A DNA stretch of 64,000 bases. It comes from the human T2T-CHM13v2.0 reference genome, Homo sapiens. The stretch lies in the NCBI RefSeq assembly GCF_009914755.1, contig NC_060948.1. One strand, given 5' to 3'. The notes under the pieces were generated by a model, which saw only the letters and a list, made by a program, of their open reading frames with translations, was not told the DNA's origin and did not search any database. Below, piece after piece: positions 27,801-42,626 of the stretch (position 1 is the first letter of the stretch; every line of letters begins with the position of its first letter). The translations under genes and the position numbers were made by a program.

Positions 27801-28380
27801 TGAATGGAATGGGAACGAATGGAGTGAAATTGTATGCAGTAGAAGGGAATAGAATGGAATGCAAGCGAAAGGAAAGGAATGGATTGGAATGGAATGGAAT
27901 TCATTGGAATGGAAGGGAATGTAGTGTAATGGACAGGCCTGGAATAAAGTGGAATGCTACGGTCTCAAATGGAATAAAAATGTATGGAATGGAATGCAAT
28001 GAAACGGAATCGAATGTCATAGAATGTAATGGAATGCAAAAAAATGGAATCCAAAATCATTGACTGGAAAGGCTGGGTGTCGAAAGGAATTGACTCCAAT
28101 GGAATGGAATCGAATGGAGTGGAAGTGAATAGAATCGAACTAAATCGAATGGAATGGAATTGATAGGAACGGAATGGAAAGGAATGCAATGATTTGGCAT
28201 GGAATGGAATCGAATGGCATCGAATGGAATGGAATGGAATGCAATGGAATGGAACGTATTAGAATGTAATGAACTTTAATGGAATGTACTCGAATGGATT
28301 CGACTGGAATGGAATGTTCTGGAAGTGAATGGACTCCAATGGAATGGATTCAAAAGGAATGGAATCGTACGGAATGGAAT
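24822..28380 (+). repeat. DYZ1 monomer U8 (3,559 bp; paralogue of U15)
   Basis: 10-bp deletion at ~25,788; private variants repeated in U15. Confidence 0.9.
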
Positions 28381-31300
28381 CTAATGGAATGGAATTAAAT
28401 GGAAATGAATCAAATTGAATAGCATGGAATTGAATTGAATGGAATCGAATGCAATGGAATCTAATGAAACGGAAAGGAAAGGAATGGAATGGAATGGAAT
28501 GGGCTGGAATGGAAAGGAATCGAAACGAATGGAACGGAATCGAACTGAAGAGACTGGAATGGAATGCACTGGAATGGAAGGGAGTGTAATGGAAGGTTCT
28601 CGAAAAAAATGGAATCGAATGGAATGGAATTGAATGGAACGGAATAGAGTCGAATGGAATTGAATGGAATGGAATGGACTAGAGTGAAATGGAATCGAAC
28701 CACAAGGAATGGACAGGAATAGAATGGTCTCGAATTGAATGGAATCGTATGGAATGGCATCAAACGGAATGGAATGGACAGCCACGGAATGGAATGCACT
28801 CGAATGCAATGGAGTCGAAACTAATGGACTGGAATAGAATGGACTCGACTGGTACGGACTCCAATGGAATGGAATCGAATGGAAGGGAATCGAACGGAAT
28901 GGACTCGAAGGGAAAAGACTGCAATGGAAAGGTCTCGAATGGAATGGAAATAAATGGAATGGAATGGAATCGAATGAAATGGAGTCAAAAGGAATGGAAT
29001 CGAATGGCAAGAAATCGAATGTAATGGAATCGCAAGGAATTGATGTGAATGGAACGGAATGGAATGGAATCCAAAGGAATGGAATAGAATGGAATGGAAT
29101 CGAATGGAAAGGACTCGAATGGAAATCACTCGAATAGAATGCAATTTAATAAAATAGGACCAAATGTAATGGAATGGAATGGAAAGGAATCGAAACGAAA
29201 GGAATGGAGACAGATGGAATGGAATGGAACAGAGAGCAATGGTATAGAATGGAATGGAATCATCTGGAATGGAATTGAATGGAATGGAATAATATGAAAT
29301 GGAATGGAATGGAATGGAATGGAATGCCCTTGAATTAAATGGACTGGAATGGAATGGACTCGAACAGAGTGGAATGGAAAGTGTTGAGATAGAATGGAAT
29401 GGACTCGTTTGGAATGGTCTAGTAGGCAATGCAATCGACTGGCAGGGAATCAAAAGGAATGTAATCGAATGGATTGGACTGGAATGCAATGGACTCGAAT
29501 AGATTGCAAACGGAATGCAAAGGAATGGAATGGAATAGTATGGAATGGAATGGAAAGGAATGGAGTGGAATAGAGTAGAGTGGAATGGAATGGACTGGAA
29601 AGAAATGGACTGGAATGGAACTTTCTTGAATGGACTGGAATCAAACGGAATGGAATGCAATGCAATCAAATGGCATGGAATAAAATAGAATGAAAGAGAA
29701 TCAAATGGAATTGAATCGAATGGAATCGAATGGATTGGAAAGGAATAGAATGGAATGGAATGGAATTGACTCAAATGGAATGGACTAGAATGGAATGGAT
29801 TCGAATGGAAGGCAAAGGAATGGAATCTATTGGAATGGACTGTAATGGAATGGAATGGAAGGGATTGGAATGGACTCGAATGGAATGGACTGCAATAGAA
29901 AGGATTCGAATGGAATGAAAAAGAATTGAATGGAATAGAACAGAATGGAATCAAATCGAATGAAATGGAATGGAATAGAAAGGAATGGAATGAAATGGAA
30001 TGGAAAGGATTCGAATGGAATGCAATCGAATGGAATGGAATCGAACGGAATGGAATAAAATGGAAGAAAACTGGCAAGAAATGGAATCGAAATGAATGGA
30101 GTGTTATGGAACGGACTCAAAAGGAATTGAATGTAATAGAATGGAGTGGAGTGGACTCGAATATAATGGACTGGAATGGAATGAAATCACATGGAATGGG
30201 AACGAATGGAATGGAATGGAAAGGAATGGAATCGAATGGAAAGGAATCGAATGGAAGGGAATGAAATTGAATCAACAGGAATGGAAGGGAATAGAATAGA
30301 CGGTAATGGAATGGACTCGAATTGAATGGACACGAATGCTCAAATTGAATGGACTCGAATGGAATGGAAACGAAAGGAATGTCATCGAATGGAATTGAAT
30401 CGATTGGAATGAAATCGCATAGAATGGAGTGGAATCAAATGGAATTGAATCGAAAGGAAAGGAAGCGAATGGACTGAAATGAAATGGAATGGAATTGAAT
30501 GGAAAGTAATGCAATGGAATAGAATGGAACGAAATTTCACGGAATGGAATCAAACTGAATGGAATCAAATCAATGAAATCTAATCAAATGGAATGGAAAG
30601 GAATTGAATGGAGTAGATTGGATTGGATGGGATTGGAATGAAATGTACTGCAAAGGACTCGAATTTCATGAAACGGAATGGAATGAATTGGAACGGAATG
30701 GACTCGAATGGAATGGAATGTCATGGAATGGCATCAAATGGAATGGCATCAAATGGAATGGAATCGAATGCAATGGAATGCTATGGAATGGAATGGAATG
30801 CATTGGAATGGAATGTCCTCTAATGGAATGGATTCGAGTGGAATGGCATCGAATATAATGGAGTCGAATGAAATGGAATTGAAAAGAATGGGATCGAATA
30901 CAATGGAATATACTGGAATGTAATGTAATGAACTCGAATGTAATTGACTGGAATGGAATGTACATGAATGGAATGTAATCGAATGGAAAGTAATCCAATG
31001 GAATAGAATCTAATGCAATAAAATCGACTCAAATAGAGTAGAATGTAATGGAATGGAGTGCAGTGCAATGGAATGGAATGGAATGGAATGCAATGGAATG
31101 GAATGGAATGGAATGGAATGGAATGTAATTTAATGGAATGGGATGGAATGGTATGGAATGGATAGTAATGGACTGGAGTGAAATGGACTGGAAAGGAATG
31201 GACTCAAATTGAAAGGGCTCGAAAGGAATGGAGTCAAATGGAATGGTCTGGAATGGAATGAACACGAATGTAATGCAATCCAATAGAATGGAATCGAATG

Positions 31301-31949
31301 GCATGGAATATAAAGAAATGGAATCGAAGAGAATGGAAACAAATGGAATGGAATTGAATGGAATGGAATTGAATGGAATGGGAACGAATGGAGTGAAATT
31401 GTATGCAGTAGAAGAGAATAGAATGGAATGCAAGCGAAAGGAAAGGAGTGGATTGGAATGGAATGGAATTCATTGGAATGGAAGGGAATGTAGTGTAATG
31501 GACAGGTCTGGAATAAAGTGGAATGCTACGGTCTCGAATGGAATAAAAATGTATGGAATGGAATGCAATGAAACGGAATCGAATGTCATAGAATGTAATG
31601 GAATGCAAAAAAATGGAATCCAAAATCATTGACTGGAAAGGCTGGGTGTCGAAAGGAATTGACTCCAATGGAATGGAATCGAATGGAATGGAAGTGAATA
31701 GAATCGAACTAAATCGAATGGAATGGAATTGATAGGAACGGAATGGAAAGGAATGCAATGATTTGGCATGGAATGGAATCGAATGGCATCGAATGGAATG
31801 GAATGGAATGCAATGGAATGGAAAGTATTAGAATGTAATGAACTTTAATGGAATGTACTCGAATGGATTCGACTGGAATGGAATGTTCTGGAAGTGAATG
31901 GACTCCAATGGAATGGATTCCAAAGGAATGGAATCGTACGGAATGGAAT
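28381..31949 (+). repeat. DYZ1 monomer U9 (3,569 bp; HaeIII-minus; paralogue of U16)
   Basis: caggtctgg at ~31,505 instead of caggcctgg; same variant at ~56,403. Confidence 0.9.
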
Positions 31950-34900
31950 CTAATGGAATGGAATTAAATGGAAATGAATCAAATTGAATAGCACGGAATT
32001 GAATTGAATGGAATGGAATGCAATGGAATCTAATGAAACGGAAAGGAAAGGAATGGAATGGAATGGAATGGGCTGGAATGGAAAGGAATCGAAACGAATG
32101 GAATGGAATCGAACTGAAGAGACTGGAATGGAATGCACTGGAATGGAAGGGAGTGTAATGGAAGGTTCTCGAAAAAAATGGAATCGAATGGAATGGAATT
32201 GAATGGAACGGAATAGAGTCGAATGGAATTGAATGGAATGGAATGGACTAGAGTGAAATGGAATCGAACCACAAGGGATGGACAGGAATACAATGGTCTC
32301 GAATTGAATGGAATCGTATGGAATGGCATCAAACGGAATGGAATGGACAGCCACGGAATGGAATGCACTCGAATGCAATGGAGTCGAAACTAATGGACTG
32401 GAATAGAATGGACTCGACTGGTACGGACTCCAATGGAATGGAATCGAATGGAAGGGAATCGAACGGAATGGACTCGAAGGGAAAAGACTGCAATGGAAAG
32501 GTCTCGAATGGAATGGAAATTAATGGAATGGAATGGAATCGAATGAAATGGAGTCAAAAGGAATGGAATCGAATGGCAAGAAATTGAATGTAATGGAATC
32601 GCCAGGAATTGATGTGAACGGAACGGAATGGAATGGAATCCAAATGAATGGAATAGAATGAAATGGAATCGAATGGAAAGGACTCGAATGGAAATCACTC
32701 GAATAGAATGCAATTTAATAAAATAGGATCAAATGTAATGGAATGGATTGGAAAGGAATCGAAACGAAAGGAATGGAGACAGATGGAATGGAATGGAACA
32801 GAGAGCAATGGTATAGAATGGAATGGAATCATCTGGAATGGAATTGAATGGAATGGAATAATATGAAATGGAATGGAATGGAATGGAATGGAATGCCCTT
32901 GAATTAAATGGACTGGAATGGAATGGACTCGAACAGAGTGGAATGGAAAGTGTTGAGATAGAATGGAATGGACTCCTTTGGAATGGTGTAGTATGCAATG
33001 CAATCGACTGGCAGGGAATCAAAAGGAATGTAATGGAATGGACTGGACTGGAATGCAATGGACTCGAATAGATTGGAAACGGAATGCAAAGGAATGGAAT
33101 GGAATAGTATGGAATGGAATGGAAAGGAATGGAGTGGAATAGACTAGAGTGGAATGGAATGGACTGGAAAGCAATGGACTGGAATGGAACTTTCTTGAAT
33201 GGACTGGAATCAAACGGAATGGAATGCAATGCAATCAAATGGCATGGAATAAAATAGAATGAAAGAGAATCAAATGGAATTGAATCGAATGGAATCGAAT
33301 GGATTGGAAAGGAATAGAATGGAATGGAATGGAATTGACTCAAATGGAATGGACTAGAATGGAATGGATTCGAATGGAAGGCAAAGGAATGGAATCTATT
33401 GGAATGGACTGTAATGGAATGGAATGGAAGGGATTGGAATGGACTCGAATGGAATGGACTGCAATAGAAAGGATTCGAATGGAATGAAAAAGAATTGAAT
33501 GGAATAGAACAGAATGGAATCAAATCGAATGAAATGGAATGGAATAGAAAGGAATGGAATGAAATGGAATGGAAAGGATTCGAATGGAATGCAATCGAAT
33601 GGAATGGAATCGAACGGAATGGAATAAAATGGAAGAAAACTGGCAAGAAATGGAATCGAAATGAATGGAGTGTTATGGAACGGACTCAAAAGGAATTGAA
33701 TGTAATAGAATGGAGTGGAGTGGACTCGAATATAATGGACTGGAATGGAATGAAATCACATGGAATGGGAACGAATGGAATGGAATGGAAAGGAATGGAA
33801 TCGAATGGAAAGGAATCGAATGGAAGGGAATGAAATTGAATCAACAGGAATGGAAGGGAATAGAATAGACGGTAATGGAATGGACTCGAATAGAATGGAC
33901 ACGAATGCTCAAATTGAATGGACTCGAATGGAATGGAAACGAAAGGAATGTCATCGAATGGAATTGAATCGATTGGAATGAAATCGCATAGAATGGAGTG
34001 GAATCAAATGGAATTGAATCGAAAGGAAAGGAAGCAAATGGACTGAAATGGAATGGAATGGAATTGAATGGAAAGTTATGTAATGGAATACAATGGAACG
34101 AAATTTCACGGAATGGAATCAAACTGAATGGAATCAAATCAATGGAATCAAATCAAATGGAATGGAAAGGAATTGAATGGAGTAGATTGGATGGGATGGG
34201 ATTGGAATGAAATGTACTGGAAAGGACTCGAATTTCATGAAACGGAATGGAATGAATTGGAACGGAATGGACTCGAATGGAATGGAATGTCAGGGAATGG
34301 CATCAAATGGAATGGCATCAAATGGAATGGAATCGAATGCAATGGAATGCTATGGAATGGAATGGAATGCATTGGAATGGAATGTCCTCTAATGGAATGG
34401 ATTCGAGTGGAATGGAATCGAATATAATGGAGTCGAATGAAATGGAATTGAAAGGAATAGGATCGAATAGAATGGAATATACTGGAATGTAATTTAATGA
34501 ACTCGAATGTAATTGACTGGAATGGAATGTACATGAATGGAATGTAATCGAATGGAAAGTAATCCAATGGAATAGAATCTAATGCAATAAAATCGACTCA
34601 GATAGAGTAGAATGTAATGGAATGGAGTGCAGTGCAATGGAATGGAATGGAATGGAATGCAATGGAATGGAATGGAATGGAATGGAATGGAATGGAATGG
34701 AATGGAATGGTGTGGAATGGATAGTAATGGACTGGAGTGAAATGGACTGGAAAGGAATGGACTCAAATTGAAAGGGCTCGAAAGGAATGGAATCAAATGG
34801 AATGGTCTGGAATGGAATGAACACGAATGTAATGCAATCCAATAGAATGGAATCGAATGGCATGGAATATAAAGAAATGGAATCGAAGAGAATGGAAACA

Positions 34901-35508
34901 AATGGAATGGAATTGAGTGGAATGGAATTGAATGGAATGGGAACGAATGGAGTGAAATTGTATGCAGTAGAAGAGAATAGAATGGAATGCAAGCGAAAGG
35001 AAAGGAATGGATTGGAATGGAATGCAATTCATTGGAATGGAAGGGAATGTAGTGTAATGGACAGGCCTGGAATAAAGTGGAATGCTACGGTCTCGAATGG
35101 AATAAAAATGTATGGAATGGAATGGAATGAAACGGAATCGAATGTCATAGAATGTAATGGAATGCAAAAAAATGGAATCCAAAATCATTGACTGGAAAGG
35201 CTGGGTGTCGAAAGGAATTGACTCCAATGGAATGGAATCGAATGGAATGGAAGTGAATAGAATCGAACTAAATCGAATGGAATGGAATTGATAGGAACGG
35301 AATGGAAAGGAATGCAATGATTTGGCATGGAATGGAATCGAATGGCATCGAATGGAATGGAATGGAATGCAATGGAATGGAATGTATTAGAATGTAATGA
35401 ACTTTAATGGAATGTACTCGAATGGATTCGACTGGAATGGAATGTTCTGGAAGTGAATGGACTCCAATGGAATGGATTCCAAAGGAATGGAATCGTACGG
35501 AATGGAAT
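31950..35508 (+). repeat. DYZ1 monomer U10 (3,559 bp; EcoRI-minus; paralogue of U17)
   Basis: gcaattcatt at ~35,025 instead of ggaattcatt; same variant at ~59,923. Confidence 0.9.
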
Positions 35509-38500
35509 CTAATGGAATGGAATTAAATGGAAATGAATCAAATTGAATAGCACGGAATTGAATTGAATGGAATGGAATGCAATGGAATCTAATGAAACGG
35601 AAAGGAAAGGAATGGAATGGAATGGAATGGGCTGGAATGGAAAGGAATCGAAACGAATGGAATGGAATCGAACTGAAGAGACTGGAATGGAATGCACTGG
35701 AATGGAAGGGAGTGTAATGGAAGGTTGTCAAAAAAAATGGAATCGAATGGAATGGAATTGAATGGAACGGAATAGAGTCGAATGGAATTGAATGGAATGG
35801 AATGGACTAGAGTGAAATGGAATCGAACCACAAGGAATGGACAGGAATAGAATGGTCTCGAATTGAATGGAATCGTATGGAATGGCATCAAACGGAATGT
35901 AATGGACAGCCACGGAATGGAATGCACTCGAATGCAATGGAGTCGAAACTAATGGACTGGAATAGAATGGACTCGACTGGTACGGACTGCAATGGAATGG
36001 AATCGAATGGAAGGGAATCGAACGGAATGGACTCAAAGGGAAAAGACTGCAATGGAAAGGTCTCGAATGGAATGGAAATTAATGGAATGGAATGGAATCG
36101 AAAGAAATGGAGTCAAAAGGAATGGAATCGAATGGCAAGAAATCGAATGTAATGGAATCGCAAGGAATTGATGTGAACGGAACGGAATGGAATGGAATCC
36201 AAAGGAATGGAATAGAATGGAATGGAATCGAATGGAAAGGACTCGAATGGAAATCACTCGAATAGAATGCAATTTAATAAAATAGGATCAAATGTAATGG
36301 AATGGAATGGAAAGGAATCGAAACGAAAGGAATGGAGACAGATGGAATGGAATGGAACAGAGAGCAATGGTATAGAATGGAATGGAATCATCTGGAATGG
36401 AATTGAATGGAATGGAATAATATGAAATGGAATGGAATGGAATGGAATGGAATGCCCTTGAATTAAATGGACTGGAATGGAATGGACTCGAACAGAGTGG
36501 AATGGAAAGTGTTGAGATAGAATGGAATGCACTCCTTTGGAATGGTCTAGTATGCAATGCAATCGACTGGTAGGGAATCAAAAGGAATGTAATCGAATGA
36601 ATTGGACTGGAATGCAATGGACTCGAATAGATTGGAAACGGAATGCAAAGGAATGGAATGGAATAGTATGCAATGGAATGGAAAGGAATGGAGTGGAATA
36701 GACTAGAGTGGAATGGAATGGACTGGAAAGCAATAGACTGGAATGGAACTTTCTTGAATGGACTGGAATCAAACGGAATGGAATGCAATGCAATCAAATG
36801 GCATGGAATAAAATAGAATGAAAGAGAATCAAATGGAATTGAATCGAATGGAATCGAATGGATTGGAAAGGAATAGAATGGAATGGAATGGAATTGACTC
36901 AAATGGAATGGACTAGAATGGAATGGATTCGAATGGAAGGCAAAGGAATGGAATCTATTGGAATGGACTGTAATGGAATGGAATGGAAGGGATTGGAATG
37001 GACTCGAATGGAATGGACTGCAATAGAAAGGATTCGAATGGAATGAAAAAGAATTGAATGGAATAGAACAGAATGGAATCAAATCGAATGAAATGGAATG
37101 GAATAGAAAGGAATGGAATGAAATGGAATGGAAAGGATTCGAATGGAATGCAATCGAATGGAATGGAATCGAACGGAATGGAATAAAATGGAAGAAAACA
37201 GGCAAGAAATGGAATCGAAATGAATGGAGTGTTATGGAACGGACTCAAAAGGAATTGAATGTAATAGAATGGAGTGGAGTGGACTCGAATATAATGGACT
37301 GGAATGGAATGAAATCACATGGAATGGGAACGAATGGAATGGAATGGAAAGGAATGGAATCGAATGGAAAGGAATCGAATGGAAGGGAATGAAATTGAAT
37401 CAACAGGAATGGAAGGGAATAGAATAGACGGTAATGGAATGGACTCGAATAGAATGGACACGAATGCTCAAATTGAATGGACTCGAATGGAATGGAAACG
37501 AAAGGAATGTCATCGAATGGAATTGAATCGATTGGAATGAAATCGCATAGAATGGAGTGGAATCAAATGGAATTGAATCGAAAGGAAAGGAAGCGAATGG
37601 ACTGAAATGAAATGGAATGGAATTGAATGGAAAGTAATGCAATGGAATAGAATGGAACGAAATTTCACGGAATGGAATCAAACTGAATGGAATCAAATCA
37701 ATGGAATCAAATCAAATGGAATGGAAAGGAATTGAATGGAGTAGATTGGATTGGATGGGATTGGAATGAAATGTACTGGAAAGGACTCGAATTTCATGAA
37801 ACGGAATGGAATGAATTGGAACGGAATGGACTCGAATGGAATGGAATGTCATGGAATGGCATCAAATGGAATGGCATCAAATGGAATGGAATCGAATGCA
37901 ATGGAATGTTATGGAATGGAATGGAATGCATTGGAATGGAATGTCCTCTAATGGAATGGATTCGAGTGGAATGGAATCGAATATAATGGAGTCGAATGAA
38001 ATGGAATTGAAAGGAATGGGATCGAATAGAATGGAATATACTGGAATGTAATGTAATGAACTCGAATGTAATTGACTGGAATGGAATGTACATGAATGGA
38101 ATGTAATCGAATGGAAAGTAATCCAATGGAATAGAATCTAATGCAATAAAACCGACTCAGATAGCGTAGAATGTAATGGAATGGAGTGCAGTGCAATGGA
38201 ATGGAATGGAATAGAATGCAATGGAATGGAATGGAATGGAATGGAATGGAATGGAATGGAATGGAATGGGATGGAATGGTATGGAATGGATAGTAATGGA
38301 CTGGAGTGAAATGGACTGGAAAGGAATGGACTCAAATTGAAAGGGCTCGAAAGGAATGGAGTCAAATGGAATGGTCTGGAATGGAATGAACACGAATGTA
38401 ATGCAATCCAATAGAATGGAATCGAATGGCATGGAATATAAAGAAATGGATTCGAAGAGAATGGAAACAAATGGAATGGAATTGAATGGAATGGAATTGA

Positions 38501-39077
38501 ATGGAATGGGAACGAATGGAGTGAAATTGTATGCAGTAGAAGGGAATAGAATGGAATGCAAGCGAAAGGAAACGAATGGATTGGAATGGAATGGAATTCA
38601 TTGGAATGGAAGGGAATGTAGTGTAATGGACAGGCCTGGAATAAAGTGGAATGCTACGGTCTCGAATGGAATAAAAATGTATGGAATGGAATGCAATGAA
38701 ACGGAATCGAATGTCATAGAATGTAATGGAATGCAAGAAAATGGAATCCAAAATCATTGACTGGAAAGGCTGGGTGTCGAAAGGAATTGACTCCAATGGA
38801 ATGGAATCGAATGGAATGGAAGTGAATAGAATCGAACTAAATCGAATGGAATGGAATTGATAGGAACGGAATGGAAAGGAATGCAATGATTTGGCATGGA
38901 ATGGAATCGAATGGCATCGAATGGAATGGAATGGAATGCAATGGAATGGAATGTATTAGAATGTAATGAACTTTAATGGAATGTACTCGAATGGATTCGA
39001 CTGGAATGGAATGTTCTGGAAGTGAATGGACTCCAATGGAATGGATTCCAAAGGAATGGAATCGTACGGAATGGAAT
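35509..39077 (+). repeat. DYZ1 monomer U11 (3,569 bp; paralogue of U18)
   Basis: ggttgtc (~35,725) and atagcgtaga (~38,161) recur at +24,898. Confidence 0.9.
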
Positions 39078-42000
39078 CTAATGGAATGGAATTAAATGGA
39101 AATGAATCAAATTGAATAGCACGGAATTGAATTGAATGGAATGGAATGCAATGGAATCTAATGAAACGGAAAGGAAAGGAATGGAATGGAATGGAATGGG
39201 CTGGAATGGAAAGGAATCGAAACGAATGGAATGGAATCGAAGTGAAGAGACTGGAATGGAATGCACTGGAATGGAAGGGAGTGTAATGGAAGGTTCTCGA
39301 AAAAAATGGAATCGAATGGAATGGAATTGAATGGAACGGAATAGAGTCGAATGGAATTGAATGGAATGGAATGGACTAGAGTGAAATGGAATCGAACCAC
39401 AAGGAATGGAGAGGAATAGAATGGTCTCGAATTGAATGGAATCGTATGGAATGGCATCAAACGGAATGGAATGGACAGCAACGGAATGGAATGCACTCGA
39501 ATGCAATGGAGTCGAAACTAATGGACTGGAATAGAATGGACTCGACTGGTACGGACTCCAATGGAATGGAATCGAATGGAAGGGAATCGAACGGAATGGA
39601 CTCGAAGGGAAAAGACTGCAATGGAAAGGTCTCGAATGGAATGGAAATTAATGGAATGGAATGGAATCGAATGAAATGGAGTCAAAAGGAATGGAATCGA
39701 ATGGCAAGAAATCGAATGTAATGGAATCGCAAGGAATTGATGTGAACGGAACGGAATGGAATGGAATCCAAATGAATGGAATAGAATGGAATGGAATCGA
39801 ATGGAAAGGACTCGAATGGAAATCACTCGAATAGAATGCAATTTAATAAAATAGGATCAAATGTAATGGAATGGAATGGAAAGGAATCGAAACGAAAGGA
39901 ATGGAGACAGATGGAATGGAATAGAACAGAGAGCAATGGTATAGAATGGAATGGAATCATCTGGAATGGAATTGAATGGAATGGAATAATATGAAATGGA
40001 GTGGAATGGAATGGAATGGAATGCCCTTGAATTAAATGGACTGGAATGGAATGGACTCGAACAGAGTGGAATGGAAAGTGTTGAGATAGAATGGAATGGA
40101 CTCCTTTGGAATGGTGTAGTATGCAATGCAATCGACTGGCAGGGAATCAAAAGGAATGTAATCGAATGGATTGGACTGGAATGCAATGGACTCGAATAGA
40201 TTGCAAACGGAATGCAAAGGAATGGAATGGAATAGTATGGAATGGAATGGAAAGGAATGGAGTGGAATAGACTAGAGTGGAATGGAATGGACTGGAAAGA
40301 AATGGACTGGAATGGAACTTTCTTGAATGGACTGGAATCAAACGGAATGGAATGCAATGCAATCAAATGGCATGGAATAAAATAGAATGAAAGAGAATCA
40401 AATGGAATTGAATCGAATGGAATCGAATGGATTGGAAAGGAATAGAATGGAATGGAATGGAATGGACTCAAATGGAATGGACTAGAATGGAATGGATTCG
40501 AATGGAAGGCAAAGGAATGGAATCTATTGGAATGGACTGTAATGGAATGGAATGGAAGGGATTGGAATGGACTCGAATGGAATGGACTGCAATAGAAAGG
40601 ATTCGAATGGAATGAAAAAGAATTGAATGGAATAGAACAGAATGGAATCAAATCGAATGAAATGGAATGGAATAGAAAGGAATGGAATGAAATGGAATGG
40701 AAAGGATTCGAATGGAATGCAATCGAATGGAATGGAATCGAACGGAATGGAATAAAATGGAAGAAAACTGGCAAGAAATGGAATCGAAATGAATGGAGTG
40801 TTATGGAACGGACTCAAAAGGAATTGAATGTAATAGAATGGAGTGGAGTGGACTCGAATATAATGGACTGGAATGGAATGAAATCACATGGAATGGGAAC
40901 GAATGGAATGGAATGGAAAGGAATGGAATCGAATGGAAAGGAATCGAATGGAAGGGAATGAAATTGAATCAACAGGAATGGAAGGGAATAGAATAGACGG
41001 TAATGGAATGGACTCGAATAGAATGGACACGAATGCTCAAATTGAATGGACTCGAATGGAATGGAAACGAAAGGAATGTCATCGAATGGAATTGAATCGA
41101 TTGGAATGAAATCGCATAGAATGGAGTGGAATCAAATGGAATTGAATCGAAAGGAAAGGAAGCGAATGGACTGAAATGAAATGGAATGGAATTGAATGGA
41201 AAGTAATGCAATGGAATAGAATGGAACGAAATTTCACGGAATGGAATCAAACTGAATGGAATCAAATCAATGGAATCCAATCAAATGGAATGGAGTAGAT
41301 TGGATTGGATGGGATTGGAATGAAATGTACTGGAAAGGACTCGAATTTCATGAAACGGAATGGAATGAATTGGAACGGAATGGACTCGAATGGAATGGAA
41401 TGTCATAGAATGGTATCAAATGGAATGGCATCAAATGGAATGGAATCGAATGCAATGGAATGCTATGGAATGGAATGGAATGCATTGGAATGGAATGTCC
41501 TCTAATGGAATGGATTCGAGTGGAATGGAATCGAATATAATGGAGTCGAATGAAATGGAATTGAAAGGAATGGGATGGAATACAATGGAATATACTGGAA
41601 TGTAATGTAATGAACTCGAATGTAATTGACTGGAATGGAATGTACATGAGTGGAATGTAATCGAATGGAAAGTAATCCAATGGAATAGAATCTAATGCAA
41701 TAAAATCGACTCAGATAGAGTAGAATGTAATGGAATGGAGTACAGTGCAATGGAATGGAATGGAATGGAATGCAATGGAATGGAATGGAATGGAATGGAA
41801 TGGAATGGAATGGAATGGGATGGAATGGTATGGAATGGATAGTAATGGACTGGAGTGAAATGGACTGGAAAGGAATGGACTCAAATTGAAAGGTCTCGAA
41901 AGGAATGGAGTCAAATGGAATGGTCTGGAATGGAATGAACACGAATGTAATGCAATCCAATAGAATGGAATCGAATGGCATGGAATATAAAGAAATGGAA

Positions 42001-42626
42001 TCGAAGAGAATGGAAACAAATGGAATGGAATTGAATGGAATGGAATTGAATGGAATGTGAACGAATGTAGTGAAATTGTATGCAGTAGAAGAGAATAGAA
42101 TGGAATGCAAGCGAAATGAAAGGAATGGATTGGAATGGAATGGAATTCATTGGAATGGAAGGGAATGTAGTGTAATGGACAGGCCTGGAATAAAGTGGAA
42201 TGCTACGGTCTCGAATGGAATAAAAATGTATGGAATGGAATGCAATGAAACGGAATCGAATGTCATAGAATGTAATGGAATGCAAAAAAATGGAATCCAA
42301 AATCATTGAATGCAAAGGCTGGGTGTCGAAAGGAATTGACTCCAATGGAATGGAATCGAATGGAATGGAAGTGAATAGAATCGAACTAAATCGAATGGAA
42401 TGGAATTGATAGGAACGGAATGAAAAGGAATGCAATGATTTGGCATGAAATGGAATCGAATGGCATCGAATGGAATGGAATGGAATGCAATGGAATGGAA
42501 TGTATTAGAATGTAATGAACTTTAATGGAATGTACTCGAATGGATTCGACTGGAATGGAATGTTCTGGAAGTGAATGGACTCCAATGGAATGGATTCAAA
42601 AGGAATGGAATCGTACGGAATGGAAT
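39078..42626 (+). repeat. DYZ1 monomer U12 (3,549 bp; right part paralogous to U5)
   Basis: 15-bp deletion at ~41,290 and private SNVs shared with U5 downstream of ~16.4 kb. Confidence 0.9.

Larger units (their letters stand above)
16380..41277 (+). repeat. 7-monomer (~24.9 kb) tandem duplication / higher-order repeat, copy 1 (left edge uncertain, 15.6-16.4 kb)
   Basis: Private indels and SNVs recur in order at +24,898/+24,903; U6 to U12 lengths sum to 24,903. Confidence 0.9.

Noticed and set aside
28821-30077. Longest ORF (418 aa, minus strand; duplicated at 53,719-54,975)
   Set aside because: It is extended by a single SNV (ggatca>ggacca at ~29,160) that removes a stop. The second copy merely reflects the 24.9-kb duplication, not coding conservation.
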